A DNA stretch of 63,827 nt, counting the filler, from Folioceros fuciformis (Eukaryota): assembly GCA_049999805.1 (NCBI GenBank). It is 10 parts of 10 records of this genome, joined end to end, with 100 filler letters (N's around TTAATTAATTAA, not from the genome) between each part and the next. Parts side by side here need not be neighbours in the genome. Positions count along the whole stretch, not along the records: positions 62,601 to 63,827 come from JBNGIO010003279.1; 9 more parts are not named here. One strand, 5' to 3'. The notes beneath the pieces were generated by a model. That model did no database searches, was not told the DNA's origin, and saw only the letters and a list, made by a program, of their open reading frames with translations. Position 1 is the stretch's first letter. Every line of letters starts with the position of its first letter. The translations under genes were made by a program, and so were the position numbers. Positions 62,665-63,827 of this stretch are shown piece by piece.

Positions 62665-63210
62665 GTGGGTGGAAGAGTGTCAAATAGATGGTTTCCACTT
62701 CCATTCGCTGCAGTCCATGTTTTACAACCACAATGTATTTGCAGAGTTCACAAATGGCTTGAATGAGTAGGGCTGCTGTCATTCAGGAAATTGCTCGCAG
62801 GAGCTCCATGTTGGTCGAATTACATAGACTGCTTCCTCGCTCTTTCTCACATTTTTCTGGTTGTGCAGCTACTGCAATCAATACGTGGACAGAGATGCAT
62901 TGCTGTATGTGATTTTGGCTAATGAGATGCTGTACAAGCTCAACTCAAACATTGTCACAATTGCAGGGGATGTATGCACAATCCTGCCTCTCTTCTCTTA
63001 ATTGACAAATTCTGGATTGCTTGTGTGCACAGCACCAGCACTCTTGACTGAGTCGATTGCTACTTCCCACAGGCCTCACAGTATCCAGGATTGACTGAAC
63101 CCATCAGTAAAGGCGGGTTGGGCTTTGACTACTTTGCCAGCGTCTCACCCTCTGAGATGTGGTCGTATCTCATTGACAATGTTCCAGACAGTGAATGGAG
63201 TATGAGTCAG
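62665..63210 (+). pseudogene. SBE3: Three internal exons of a BE1/SBE3-type starch branching enzyme gene
   Basis: Exons 62665-62766 (WVEECQIDGFHFHSLQSMFYNHN), 62869-62971 (YCNQYVDRDALLYVILANEML...TIAGD) and 63073-63210 (YPGLTEPISKGGLGFDY...SEMW...EWSMSQ). GT-AG introns in compatible phase. Confidence 0.8.
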
Positions 63211-63302
63211 GTGAGATTTGAGAGTCCTGTCCTGGTATTCTTCGTGCGTGTGGTTCACGTTTTGTGAACTAACGAACGGCATGTGGTACGGCGACTTCAG
63301 AT

Positions 63303-63827
63303 TTCAAGTTGCTCAATTTGGACGGCCCATTCCTGACAGACAGGGATGCATGGGCTGGGACCTTTGAAGATATCTTTCGTAAAACGGCAAGGATCGATTG
63401 TCCAGGTTTGTGACATGACCTTCATAGTTCATATGGTCTGAACGAAGTTGGCACTCACCTGGCATTTGGTTGTGCCCAGTGGGATGAACGAGGTTCCTGG
63501 TTCTAATCTGGCGTTTGGTTGTGCTGTGCAGCTACTCTACCAGGAGCACCTTGGTCACTGAGGCATTCACCACCGAATGAGCTTGCCAAACTGACAGAGT
63601 TCCAAGAAGAGTTGGTGCAGTTAGCTTCACAGTTGAATGGTGATCACTTGTTGAACAGCTATCCCAACATTGGAAAACTCCTGAACGTGGGGAAAGCGAA
63701 TGCATACACTCAAGAGGCCATGGCTAGATTCCTGGAGGAGGGTAGGAGGGCACTCCGGAATGGTGGGAATAGCACGGATATTGTAAGGCTGATGCCATCT
63801 GCTTTACCAGTAACCCTCAGATATTTG
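63303..63827 (+). pseudogene. NPC: 3' exons of a non-specific phospholipase C (NPC1/NPC2-like) gene
   Basis: 63303-63405 [13 protein letters not shown]...DCP; intron 63406-63531; 63532-end LTEFQEELVQLASQLNGDHLLNSYPNIGK...ARFLEEG. Confidence 0.8.

Noticed and set aside
62690-62715. Missing catalytic Asp in the branching-enzyme motif (DGFHFHSL instead of DGFRFDGV)
   Set aside because: To my knowledge this is the normal state of the BE1/SBE3 clade, not a lesion specific to this copy.

Overview
Eukaryotic nuclear DNA from a seed-free land plant, most likely a hornwort (inferred from a GRP-type DYW:KP PPR gene, short introns of about 100 bp and GC-rich exons). The window is ten contigs joined by artificial 100-nt N44-TTAATTAATTAA-N44 linkers, so adjacency across linkers is not evidence. 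About two thirds is retrotransposon: around ten decayed, partly nested Ty1/copia elements, a Ty3/gypsy 5' end, and a CRE/R2-like non-LTR relic. Host-type genes are a PLS-E-DYW:KP (GRP) PPR editing factor, an LRR-XI receptor kinase, RPL26, RACK1, a head-to-head Q/G-rich organelle-targeted ORF, a Crinkler-type P-loop NTPase plus PD-(D/E)xK nuclease ORF, and a chimera of branching-enzyme (BE1/SBE3) and phospholipase C (NPC) exons. The best candidate for an undescribed system is a copia lineage with accessory genes. All three elements whose leader is visible carry a roughly 180-codon sense ORF (basic region plus C-terminal coiled coil) upstream of gag, and two elements carry antisense ORFs with intron-like signals 3' of pol. 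All family assignments come from motif recognition; no database searches were run.
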